Below are positions 35,594 to 47,857 of a stretch of DNA of 64,000 nucleotides, one piece after another. The notes beneath the pieces were generated by a model. That model worked only from the letters and a program-made list of their open reading frames with translations. It made no database searches and was not told where the DNA came from. Every line of letters starts with the position of its first letter. The first letter of the stretch is position 1. The translations under genes and the position numbers were made by a program. Source of the stretch: Azolla caroliniana. Its lineage: Eukaryota > Plantae > Polypodiophyta. The stretch lies in assembly GCA_043228905.1 (NCBI GenBank), contig JBHGNT010000001.1:17980001-18044000 (forward strand). The letters are read 5' to 3'.

Positions 35594-38500
35594 CACAAAG
35601 AAACGTTTTATTTCTATTAAACAACAGTTACAAATGACAACCAACCACCCTTACTAAAGGTTACAAAGTCACTTTATATAGTGACTATCCTAGGGCAACT
35701 GCCCTTTATGCTATTTACAAAAATAGCCCAAACTTGGGCTGTCCAAAGGGACAGTGTGAATACGGCCATTATACACTCATATTCGACACTCCCCATAATG
35801 GGCGTATACATGGGTTATCTGAAACTACATGTATATACAAGGTTTATCGGACAGATCGGTTTTGTTCGAGTTAGCAAGATTTGAAGACAGAAGACCGAAC
35901 CGGTCGGGTCGGAAGGGTTGAAGCCGATCCTCAAAGGACCGATGTCGGTTGTTCGAAACCATCCTATGTTGTGTGTCTGACTTTAACCGGACCGATTTTT
36001 CGTTACGCCCATCTGGTGCCGAAGGGACCGGAAGCGATCCGCTTAAAGACACTTGGTCATTCCATCTGCGACATTATCGGTTGTGGATATCTTCTCGAGA
36101 CTGATTTTCCTTGAAATGACGCAGTCCCAAACAAAGTGATATCGAATGTCGATATGCTTGGAGGCGTTGTGGTGAATCGGATTTTTTGACAAAGCAACAA
36201 CACCCTGACTGTCGCTATAGACAACTAGAGCCGAGTCGAGGTCGACTTGTCGAAACGTGTGCACTAGCCGACCGAGCCATAAAGCTTCTTTTGCCGCATC
36301 GGACGCAACTACATATTCCGCTTCGGTCATTGAGGTGGCTGTGCACTCCTGAAGTTTCGACTTCCATGAGATTGCTCCATTGCAGAATTTGAAACAATAT
36401 CTGGTTGTTGATTTTTGACTGTCCACGCAGCCGGCTAAGTCCGAGTCGGTGTAACCGATTACGCCTGAGGTTGAGTTCGGGCCAAAAAGAATGCCGTGGT
36501 CTTTTGTGCCAACTAGATATCTGAACACATGCTTGACTGCGTTCCAGTGCGATCGGCCTGGGTTGTGCATGAATCTGCTGACGACTCCTACGACGTGAGA
36601 AATATCAGGCCGTGTTGCGACCATTGCGTACATAAGGGAGCCGATTGCCGGTGCATACGGTACCGACTTCATATCTTCCCCCTCCGGACCGGATGTCGGG
36701 CAGTCTCGCTGAGACAACCGAAGGTTGATGGGGAGCGGGGTCGAAGCAGACTTGGCCGAGTGCATGTTGAAGCATTCCAAGACACGTCCGATGTAGTCGG
36801 TTTGAGACAAGAAAAGTTGTCGTTTATCGCAATGCCGATTGATCTTCATACCAAGTATGTGTCTTGGCGGACCGAGGTCCTTCATGGCAAACTTCAGCCG
36901 TAGTTTCCGAACGAGTTCGGTGAGTTCTCTGGCATGTTGGCCGGAGAGTAGCATGTCGTCCATGTAAATGATGAGGAAGACAGGAGACCCGTCTTGAGCT
37001 GTTTTGGTGAAGAGACAGTGGTCCTCATCGCTCTTGGAGAAGCCGACTGACTGGATGAAGTCGTCGAACTTCTTGTACCATCGTCGGGGTGCCTGTTTCA
37101 GGCCGTATAAACTCTTCCTGAATCGGCAGACTAGATGTTCCTGGCCGGATGCCACAAAGCCTTTCGGTTGCTCCATATAGATTTCCTCTTGTAGGTCACC
37201 GTGGAGGAATGTTGTTTTTACATCTAGCTGAATCAACTCCAAGTTGTCGGCGGCCACGACGCCGAGCATGAAACGAAGGGTTGTCATTTTCACCATTGGT
37301 GAAAAGATTTCATCGAAGTCGACGCCATATTCTTATCGAAATCCCTTCGCAACCAATCTGGCCTTGTACTTTGGGTTGGTCGAGTTGGACGTCTCTTTTA
37401 GTCGATAGACCCACTTACACGGAAGAGCACATTGATTCTTCGGTAATTCGACCAAGTCCCAAGTCTTGTTTGCGCGAATGGAGTGCATTTCCGACTCCAT
37501 TGCCAGATGCCAGGTGGCTGAGTCGGCAGATGCCGATGCTTCTTCGTAAGACGTTGGTTCACCGACGTCGATGAAGAAAATTCCGGGAGAGTACCTTTCC
37601 GGAGGTTGCAACAATATCTCGGATCTTCGAGGTATGACTAGATTGGTCGCACTGGGTATAGGTGTCGGATGGTTAGAAGCCGAGCCATTCGGCTATGCTT
37701 AATCGCTGGATTCAAGACGGGAGGTGTCGGTTACCCGTGAAACCGATCTCGTGTTGTGGGCTGGGCCTTCATGAAGGGTTGGCACTTCAGACAATATTAC
37801 CCTTCGGACTTCAATAGGCCCTTCGTCCATTTTATGCATAGCCGACTCGTTGAACACGACATCCGAACTTCGGACGATTTGTCTGTGCTCGGGGTCCCAA
37901 AGTCGGTATCCGATCTCGCCGTCGGGTCCATATCCAAGGAAAACGCATTTCCTTGATCTCGGTTCGAGTTTCCGGCGGTCGTCTTTCGGCATGAGGGCAT
38001 ATGCCTCGCAGCCGAAGATCCTCAGCTTGTCATAATTCGGCTTACTGGCAGTCCATGTTTCTTGAGGTATTTTAAGTCCTAGAGGTCTACTTGGCGACAT
38101 ATTTATTATGTGTACTGCCGTCTTTCGGTATGAGGGCATATGCCTCGCAGCTGAAGATCCTCAGCTTGTCATAATTCTGCTTACTGCCGGTCCATGTTTC
38201 CTGAGGTATTTTAAGTCCTAGAGGTCTACTTGGTGACATATTTATTATGTGTACTGCCGTAAGTAGAGCCTCCAACTAGAAGCCATTCGACAGTCCAAAG
38301 TGTTGGAGCATGGATACTATGCGTTCTTGAATCGTCCGATTCATGCATTCATCAATTCCGTTCTGCTCCGGACTATAGGGTGCCGTATATTCACGTCGAA
38401 TGCTGCGTTCTCGATAGAATTTGACGAATTCGTTAGACTTGAATTCTCCTCCATTATCAGTTCAGAGACATTTTAGTTTCCTACCTGTCTGGTTTTCGGC

Positions 38501-41134
38501 CATTGCAAGCGCTTCAGTGAAGATCGAGAACACCTGATCTTTGGTTCTAATGGGGTAAGCCCACACCTTCCGAGTCGAGTCGTCAATAAAACTGACGAAG
38601 TACGAAGCACCGCCGAGAGACTGATGTGGCATCGGGCCACAAATGTCCGAGTGGACCAAATCGAGGGGACTCGATTCTCTTGGTGCTGATGTTGGGTGTG
38701 ATGTGGCTACCTGTTTGCTGTACTGGCAATGCTTGTAGAATTGGTGATCCGAGAAGGAGAGCTTGGGGACGTAACCAGCTCTAGATAGGTGCGTTATGCC
38801 GGCCTTGCTGAGGTGTCCAAGTCGTCCGTGCCATAACAATGACATGGGGATATCAACCAAAAATAAGCCACCCTCTTTGAGTGTGACATATAAAGGGTAC
38901 AAAGAGTGTACCTTTGGTCCTCGAGCAAGCAGGAGGTTCCCTTTGTGGAGTGTCCACCCTCCTGATGAGAACCCGGCACAGATACCGGCTTCGTCAAGTT
39001 CTCCGACTGAGATCAAGGGTCTTGAAAGCTCAGGAACATGTCAGACCTTGTGTAGTACGAGTATAGAGACACCCGGAAGGTTAAGCTCTATGGTGCCGAT
39101 TCCGATTATGGCACAGTGTTGCGAGTTCCCGATTCGAACTGAGTCGGAGTGCCGGTCCGAGTATTGCCAAAATTGAGATCGGTGAGGTGTCACATGATAC
39201 GATGCGCCCAAGTCCAGGAGCCATGTGCTCGATTCCTCAGTCATAAGCAGAACTTCTGATTTGATTGGGTTCTCTATGGACAGTATGTTCGGGTTGGTCA
39301 TCAAAATTTCGGCTGAAGAGCCGACGTAGTTGACCTCATGCTTGCTACTCTTCTGATCCGCTCTCTGAGCTTTGTCGGTTTTTGCTTTGAGTGCCTGATA
39401 GTCGGCTTTGATTTGATGTGTCCCGGTTTCTTGCAGTAGTTGCGGATTTGGTTGTCTTGGGACTTGCTCTGGCTTCGCTGATTGTTCGGTGGTCGGGAAG
39501 AACTTCTTCCCCAGTTGTTCGATCAGTCGGTCGAACCTTGTACTACGTAAGCTTCATCTGCCGAGTCTTTGGCGAAAGACTTTCTACTAGTTGCTTCAGT
39601 CAGGATTGCGCTCGTGATTTTGGAGTACTTAATGGTAGTTGTTGAAGCATTGCACACGATTGTGACGAAATTTTCCCAAGAAGAGGGGAGACTACTCATG
39701 AGTATCATTTCTCTGAGTTCATTCTCTATTGCCGTCCCCTAAGACGATATTTGGGAGCTTAGGCTTTCATACTCATTGAGGTGTGCCTGAACCGAATCAG
39801 ATTCTTTCATCCGCAAGTTGTAGAGGTGCCGGATCAGATACATCTTTGTTGCGGCGACCTTCTTTTCATAAGTTTCCGACAATGTTTTCCAAAGTTCAAA
39901 AGCTATCGAGCATGATTGTACTATGAAGTACACTGACTCCGACAAGTACATCCGAATCGTGGTGTGGACGATTCTATCCAACTTTAGCCACTCGTTTGCC
40001 TTGTATGCTTCTGGAGGAATTTCATTCTCAATCGGGTCTATCTGACCCTTGACTATGAGATAGTCCTACATTTGTTCCTTCCAGAAGTTGAAGTTCGAAC
40101 AGTCAAACCTCCTTAGACTCATCTCCGATGAGCCGGATGTTGATGCCATCTGATTCGGTTTCGGTTGGTAAGACTCTGTTCGGAGTTGACTAGGAACCTT
40201 AGTGTGGTGTAGCCGGTCGGCTCACCCAATATCGTTCTAGTCGGTCTTGAACCCGAGTCGGTTTGGTTTCAGATACTTGTTTGTTGAGCCATCTTGGAGT
40301 GACTCTGGTTAGCTTCCGATTGTATGCCGAATACGATCACAAGAAACCGATTGTTTAGGCCGATTCTGCTTTGGATGACTGCAACGATGAGAGGGACATA
40401 TCCAATTGATCCTCCCGAATGTCGATTAGCTGAATGAAGCACGAATTTGGTTGTTGCCTGGAGACCAATCTCAAGTGGTTACAATGACAGGAACAGAGTA
40501 CAGCCGGCTAGCTTACTCCAATTAGTGATTTAACACAGTGAGATGCAGACTTCTTGTTTGTCTTCTCTCTTCTCTATTCTTCAAGAAAAACAGAAATAGA
40601 ATGTTGTGTGGTGTACTATGACGGCCGACAACGGGTTGAAGAACCTCCAACGCTCTGATACCAAATGTTGGGGATAAGGTTGTCAGTGCAAAAGAACAAA
40701 ACAACATCTGTGATGTTGAAAGACCTGTGTATGAGAAGAACAAGATACAGAGAGAGAGAGATAGGCACAAAGAAACGTTTTATTTCTTAATACCAACAGT
40801 TACAAATGACAATCAACAACCCTTACTAAAGGTTACAAAGTCACTATATATTATATAGTGACTATCCTAGGGCAACTGCCCTTTATGCTATTTATAGAAA
40901 TAGCCCAAACTTGGGCTATCCAAAGGGACAGTGTGAATACGGCCATTATACAGTCGTATTCGACAGTTAGTTGATTGTGATGGTCTTAATGCAAACATAA
41001 CATTTGTACTAATAAATAATCTCCGTAATAGTTTCGTGTCCATGAGTAGGTTAGAAGATGATCTTTTCTTAAAAAGGTCTAGTCTAATGATGTTACTTAA
41101 TAGTGATGTTGATGATATTAACATCAGTGTGCTA
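35126..41134 (+). pseudogene. Unidentified AT-rich ORF (35126-35457 + 40971-41134) interrupted by Copia-9 and Gypsy-H
   Basis: One frameshift in an A-run, then reads in frame across the Copia-9 TSD (DPSIKEL|VDCDGLNANITFVLINNLRNSF). Confidence 0.45.
35458..40965 (-). mobile_element. Copia-9: full-length degenerate copia, LTRs 35458-35788 and 40666-40965, TSD GTTAG
   Basis: GTTAG at 35453-35457 and 40966-40970. PBS at 40652-40663; gag from about 40150; PR, INT, RT (YMDD) and RNaseH ORF 36043-37296. Confidence 0.93.
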
Positions 41135-41636
41135 TGTTATCCCTTAGGCTGGACAAGCCCTAACACAGGGTGTCCCTAGGGAACACTTCTCCAAAGGGTG
41201 GTAGGGGAGATATGGATACACCGTGGTATCGAATGTGTCTTAACTGGTTACTAACCGACATTGTTAATGATTGTAACACACGCGTACGATTAATTATATT
41301 AAGCACAGGACGGTAACCAAATAGATACTAAACACTACGTAAAATAGCAACACTTCTATTAATTATCCGCCCTTGATTACATTCTTGCCTGGTCCTTTTA
41401 TAGGTCTCCGATTGAATTACAAACCGGTGCCAACCGGCAACCGACAACGATCCGGTTTAGATCCGAATTGGCATACCGATTCTGGGTCCGTCTGTCCGCT
41501 TCTCAAAATCACATAATACTCCGCTTCTCAAAATAACATAATTAAATCCTTATTAATTTCAACTCCCTATTCCTAATTAAACACCCCTTTCACATTCTGG
41601 ACTCTAATTGGCCCTTTGTCCTTGCCGGCCAACACA

Positions 41637-41676
41637 TGGCACGCCTGTGGGATAGTACATCGTACGTCGAACCCAC
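41637..41676 (-). other. tRNA-3'-half mimic in place of the PPT (Gypsy-H)
   Basis: Minus strand GTGGGTTCGACGTACGATGTACTATCCCACAGGCGTGCCA, then TG, then LTR start TGTTGG. Confidence 0.75.
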
Positions 41677-44600
41677 GGTTAGCCCTTTATCAATCGTCTG
41701 TCAAAATGTCTAGAATGCTTTGGTCCAAGGGTTCTAGAGAGTCTTCGGGTAGTTGCTCCGTTTGTTGTGGTGGCTGTTGTTGTTGTTGCTCTCCGGCCTG
41801 CTCCTCCTTTCCGGCTTTAGTCCCTTCCGGACTTCCGTCTCCGGCTCATCTGTTTTGGGCTCCTCTTGCTCTTGACTTCCGCTTGCACTGGCTCTTTCGG
41901 GTCAGCTACCTTCGGCTGCTCCTCTTGAGCTACTTTTGGCTGGCTTCCTCCAGTTTCGGCTGCATTCTGCGTCTGCTCCGGAGATTTCTCTTCGTCGCTA
42001 ATGTTAATTGCCACCGTTCTTCTAGTCTCCATTTGCTATCTCCACTCCTGTTCGTATCACTCGAATTGGAGTTGGGTATCTAGCTGGTCGTCATCTAACT
42101 GTTCCACCAGCCGGCCCACTACCACCTGTTGCTCTCTAGCCAAGGACAGGAAGTCGTCTGATAACTCCTCCCATATGGTCACAACGCTTTCCGCGTCCAG
42201 TTTGTAGAAGTTATCGTCGTCCTTTTGCCAGTTCACCGCATCCGCTCGCAGGACCTGCAACTCGGCTGCTTGCTTTGCCCATTTGGACCGCCACTGTACT
42301 GAACTTTCTTCAACTAACTTCATCGTCCGGTCCTTCCATGTTAGTACAATATCTTGAATACGGTCAAGTCCCATCTTTGACTTCTCCTCTGCGGCCTACT
42401 TTTAATCCTTTAATTGCTTTATGAGGATCACGGTTGCCTCAACTTGTCCTTGATACTGCATCAGTTGCGTCTGATAAGTCGTCTAAACTCTGTTCAGAGC
42501 CATCTTTGCTTGTTCCATCTCCTCATGATGATGCTGGGTAAGCTCTATTTTGTCCTTCGCCGCTTTTGCCAGCATCTTTGCCGCTTCGACTCCCTTGGTC
42601 ATTTCTTCCGCCAATGCCGCTGTCGTCCTGTTGACTTCATCTTGGAGTTCCCGCATCTTTTCTTGCCGCTGGTCACCTTCTGCCATCAATTTCTTGTGTT
42701 CTGCCTCTAGGTGTTTGTGATCCCGGTGCAACCTATCAAAATCCTCCGTTTTCTGTTTCAACCTCTGATTGACTTGGCGTCGGGCCCGATCCTCATGGTC
42801 CTTTTGTTGCCGGAGTTCTTCTTGGAGCCGCTTGATCTCGACCTCTGCCGATCGCCGGAGTTTGTCCTTTTCTTGCAACAACTTGTCTTTTTCTTCCTTC
42901 AATTGGTCATATGCTTGATGACCTTTTTGTAGATTGTCCTCGGCTTTTCAGAGGTTCTTTGCCGTTTTCCGTTGTTCTTCCTCCGCCGCCTTCTTCAGGT
43001 CTCGTTCTCTAGCCCTTAAGGCCGCTTGGGTTGCCAATTCCTCTCTGAGAGTGGCGAGTTCTTGTTCTTGTGCCTTATTTGTATCCGGTGCAATTTCTGT
43101 TACTGGCGTCTTCTTGGTTTGTTCCTTCTACGAAGCCACCGGTTCTGGTAGTATTGGTCCTTCTATGACCTACTTAGCCGCCTCTGCTTTGGCTTACACA
43201 ATTTCTTCTTGCATGCTCCGAATCCTCGACCGGGCTTTCTCAAGTTCTTCGGTTGTGGCGAACAACCGGTTCCCCTGTGCTCTCTCCTCCATTTCTATTT
43301 GGCACACAACCCCGACCACCTACTCGCCGATCCATCGTAGCCATTGACTACCGGTGCCTTTTTTCGTGCTGGTTCTGGTTGTGTCGTGGCCTTTGTTCTT
43401 GCCGGAAGCCCTTTTTGCATTGTTGACTATAGAGACAACTCTTGGTCTTGCTGTGCCTGCTGCCCCGGTGAGGTAGCCAATTCGATTACCGGTTCTTGGA
43501 CCACTGACACTATTGCTTCTTGCTGCACAGGTAACTCTTTCCTCGGTTCTGGTTGAGCCGGTTCCGCCTCCTTGGCTTTGGTCCCTCGGAACGGGGTGTA
43601 GGTGTGTTGTCCTTCATCGGACCCGATTCGTCCCCCTTCTGCTCCGCGTCGCTACGCTTCTAGCGATGTAGGAGGTTCGGCAGGGTCTTCGTCCGCCTCC
43701 TCCTCTTGGGTTCTGATATTGATCTTCGTTGCCAAGGGGTCCAACTCTTGTTCCTATCGGCACAACTTGATTTTAAGAGGCCTTACTGGTGGCTCCACCA
43801 GTGTCTCTATCTCTGCTTGCCTCTTCCGACTAAGCGGTTCTTTCCCTTGCTGTGAGGTACTGCCCTCTTTCCATCTAGGCGTGTGCTTGGCTAGGAGTTG
43901 CTGCTGTTTTGAAGGTTTGTTGGGTGTGGTCTCCGTTACTCGAACCCACTTCTTAGTCCTTACCGGCTCCACCGGTGGTGCCAATAGAGTCAGCCATTGA
44001 GCCACGATCGTCCATAATTTCTTGCCGTTCTGCACTAATTCTATCGCCGTCCACAAGCAATCGGCGATGATTACCAACCAATCCACTTGCACCCTTGTGT
44101 ATGTAGCAATGATGAAACCGGCTTTGTTCTTTGGCATTGCTGGGGGTCGGGGGTACACGAACCCATACTCGTGGAGGACATGAGCCACTTCTCTGAACTA
44201 GGGGTCCTCGCCGCCTTGTGTCTAGTGAGCCTTACTAGTGAGGGAATACTCGCCAAAACACTTGGTTAGCGTTTCAGGAGAAGTGTTCTTGATGGAGTAG
44301 ATGCCCCCTTCCGGCAGTCCGATTAGAGCGATTTTCTGTTATGACTTCCTCCGTTATAACTTCCGTGTCGATTTTCTACACGACTTCTTCTGCTTGGTCG
44401 TGCAACAGTGCCTCTACTATCCTCAGGAAGCCTCCCAACCCATGTTGGTTGAACCATTTCTTGACTGTTTCGGAAAGTGCCATATGTTCCATCTCGTCAT
44501 TTGGTTCTACGGGGGTGGGTAGGGCCGATGTGCTTGTATGTGCTTCTTCCGTTCGTCTGCTCACTTGTATTGTCCTTTCTGCGCTCAGTGCTTTGTGTTT

Positions 44601-44772
44601 GTGAAATGAAAGAGACTTTGCGAGACGGAGGTTTTGTGTTCCCATGCTTGGCACCTTTCTCGATTGCCGCGCATGCACGTCGTGTACTATAATGTGGTGC
44701 GCTTTAACTAGGCTTTAAATAGCCACTACACACCTTTTCGAGGTGTCCGTTCGTTCCTCACATCTACATGAT

Positions 44773-44816
<44 letters not shown>

Positions 44817-47800
44817 CTAGTAACTGTTACCCGGTAACCCTGGCTCCCTTGTCTGTTTTTCTTCATGGTTGTCGGCCAACTGCTTGCCGCTGCCTATTTC
44901 CGCATTGTTCTCCGGTTGATGAAACAGGTTCTGTGGCATGGGTCCATAGTATGGTTTAAGTCGGAACCCATTTACCCACTTGTCCAGCACCTCGCCGGCT
45001 AGCGTTCCCAGTTGATATGAGCCGTTGCACTCTCGTGTTATCCAATATGGTCCGGTCCACCGGAACCGTAGCTTCCCTGACATCTTGCCTATCTGGGTCT
45101 GGAACACTAGTACCAGTTTGCCGATTCCAAACATCTTCTCGTTACCCTTCCAGTGGTGGTTGATGAATGCTTTCCTTCGTCATTGCTCGAGTTTCATCTA
45201 GATTAGGCTCACTATTCGGTGCTCCTCCAACTCGCATAGTGCTGCTAACCGGATTTTTTCTGACTCCTGGCTCAGCCACTCCCGGACCTGTATCCGTAAG
45301 CCTGGAATCTGGAATTCAATTGGCATCACCACTTCGAGACCAAACGCTAACCAGAATGGTGTTGTCCAGATACTTGTTTTGTATGCTGTCCGGTAAGCCC
45401 ATAACACGCTGTGTAGCTTTGTATCCCAATCGGTTTGGTTCTCATTGACAATCTTCTAGAGAATGTTCTACAGAGTTTTATTGGTGGATTCGGCCAATCC
45501 ATTGGCCTGCGGGTAATAAGGGGTGCTTCGCTTGTGTAGGACCGCATAAAATGTTGTTAGGCTTGCCACCACTTGGCCGAGGAAGTGTCCACCTTGGTCG
45601 CTGATTAATTCGATTGGACATCCATACCGGCACTAGATGTACTCGTACAGGAACTTTGTCGTCGACGCTACGGTATTGTCACGTAGTGCCCTTGCTTCCA
45701 CCCATTTTGTATAGTAATCTATGGCGACAATTATGTACTTGTTACCAGTTCACATTGCCGGTGGCTTGGATGGTCCAACGAAGTCGAACCCCCATTTCTG
45801 GAATGGCTCTAGAGGTAGTACCAGCTGGTGCGGCATGCACGCTTGTTCCGTTAGCTGACCCATTCTTTGACATAGATCACATTTCTTCGTATATCGGACC
45901 GAGTCCTTTAGTGTCGTTGGCCACCATAAGCCACTGCGCCATATTTTCCTTGCCATAGCTTCTCTGGCATAATGTCCTCCGACGACCCCACAATGCGCTT
46001 CCCGTAAAATGATGTCTTTTTCATCACTCCAGACCGCTCACCGCCATATGCCTTCCGCTCCTTTATGATACAGTGTATACGGCACAAGACAAAAGTGTCG
46101 GCTTTGCACCACCAACTGTTTACATTCATCCTGGTTCATCCCATCTGGGGGTAGTCCGGTGCTTAAGAACCGGTGCATATTCGTTAGCCATTTGTTGTCG
46201 TCCGCGACTGTCCCATCTACTGTGGTTTCCGTTGTAATTTTAATCAATGCGGCATCCGGAAATTCATCTTGAACACCGTCACCGGTCTCTCTGGATTCTA
46301 ATCGGCTCAAGTAATCAGCAACCGCATGTTGTATACCCGGCTGGTGATAGATCTCAAATTCAAATTGTTGAAATAATAATGTCCACCGGGCCAGCTTGCT
46401 GGTGAGTGATGCCTTTGAGACCAAGTATAAAAGCGTTGAATGGTCTACATGGAATGAAAACTTGTGGCTCAACAAATAATGATGGTATTTGGTGACACTG
46501 TATATCATTCCTAGGGCTCCTCCTTCCGTAGTGGAATAATTTCGCTCAGCCTTTCACAGCTTCCGGCTAGCGTAGTACACCAGCCAGTACCACTTAGGTT
46601 CGGTAAGTTGCATGAGTACGCTGCCGATTGCGGTATCCGACGCATCCACGAAGACATGGAACTCTTTTGACCAGTTGGGGGGTTGTACCACTGGTGCTCA
46701 CGATAGTATTACCTCGAGTGCGTGGTAAGCCTCGTTCTCTTCATTTGTCTATTTAAACGGTGTCCGGTGTACAACTGCGTGTAGTGGCATGGCGAGGTTT
46801 GCCAAGTATCGGAGCATCCGACTATGCCACCGGATCTGTCCTAAGAACTGGCTTAAAGCCTTTGTAGTCCATCGGTGTCGGTGCCTGCAAAATAGCCTCG
46901 ACCTTATCCGGGTCCACGACAATCCCTTCCTTGTTAACAATATGACCCAACAATGTGCTGATGGTCACACCGAAGACACATTTTGCCGGGTTTAAGCTTA
47001 ATTGGTATCCTCTGCACTTTTCCAAGCATAACCTGAGATGGTCGAGGTGTTCCCCTTTCCGGCTATATACCGCAAAGTCATCCAGAAATACCTGCATAAA
47101 CGCCGGTATGAATTCTCCAAATACTTCCATAATAATCTTTTGAAAGGTTGTCGGCGCTGTCTTGAGTTCGAGCATCATTACAACTGCTATGAAGACTCCC
47201 CATTCTGTCACGAACGCCGTCTTTTCCTGATCGTCCGGGTGCATCCTTATTTGGTTATATCCGCTGAAACCATCGAGGAAGCTATAAACCTCGTGCCCGG
47301 CTACCGCATCTAAAACTCCATCCGTAAATGGAAGCGGAAATGTGTTACCCGGACCCGGACAGTCAGTTTTACCGAACAAGTGGGAAAGCGTCGAAAACGG
47401 AGTCGGTTCGGATCGACTGTTCGGATCAATGACTCAGCAGTGAACAAAGAGAACTAAGTTAGTTAGATAATTTTGTAATTCTTGATAGTAAGTAGGAATA
47501 GTTCTTGATGAGAAAAGACCTTCGGTATACCTATAAAAGGGAACCAAAGGCATTGTAAGAAAGGTCGTTTATTTAGTAATATAAGTTTAAGTTTGGAATA
47601 TCATGTACGGATTCTGTGTTCTTTCTATTGTCTATGTTGTTAAGTGCAAGCTTCCTAATTTATAACTAAGTAACGATCACGGTAATTACCGATTAATATA
47701 GTATAATTCCGTTCATAAAACACAATTCCTTGTTAGAACGTTGAGTAGCGACGTTCACTCTTCTGTATCGGTAGTAGTTAGTAATTAGCTGATTAACACA

Positions 47801-47857
47801 GAAGAAATTTGGCACGCCCGGTTACATCTGCAATTAAGCAGAGAACAAATCGAATGG

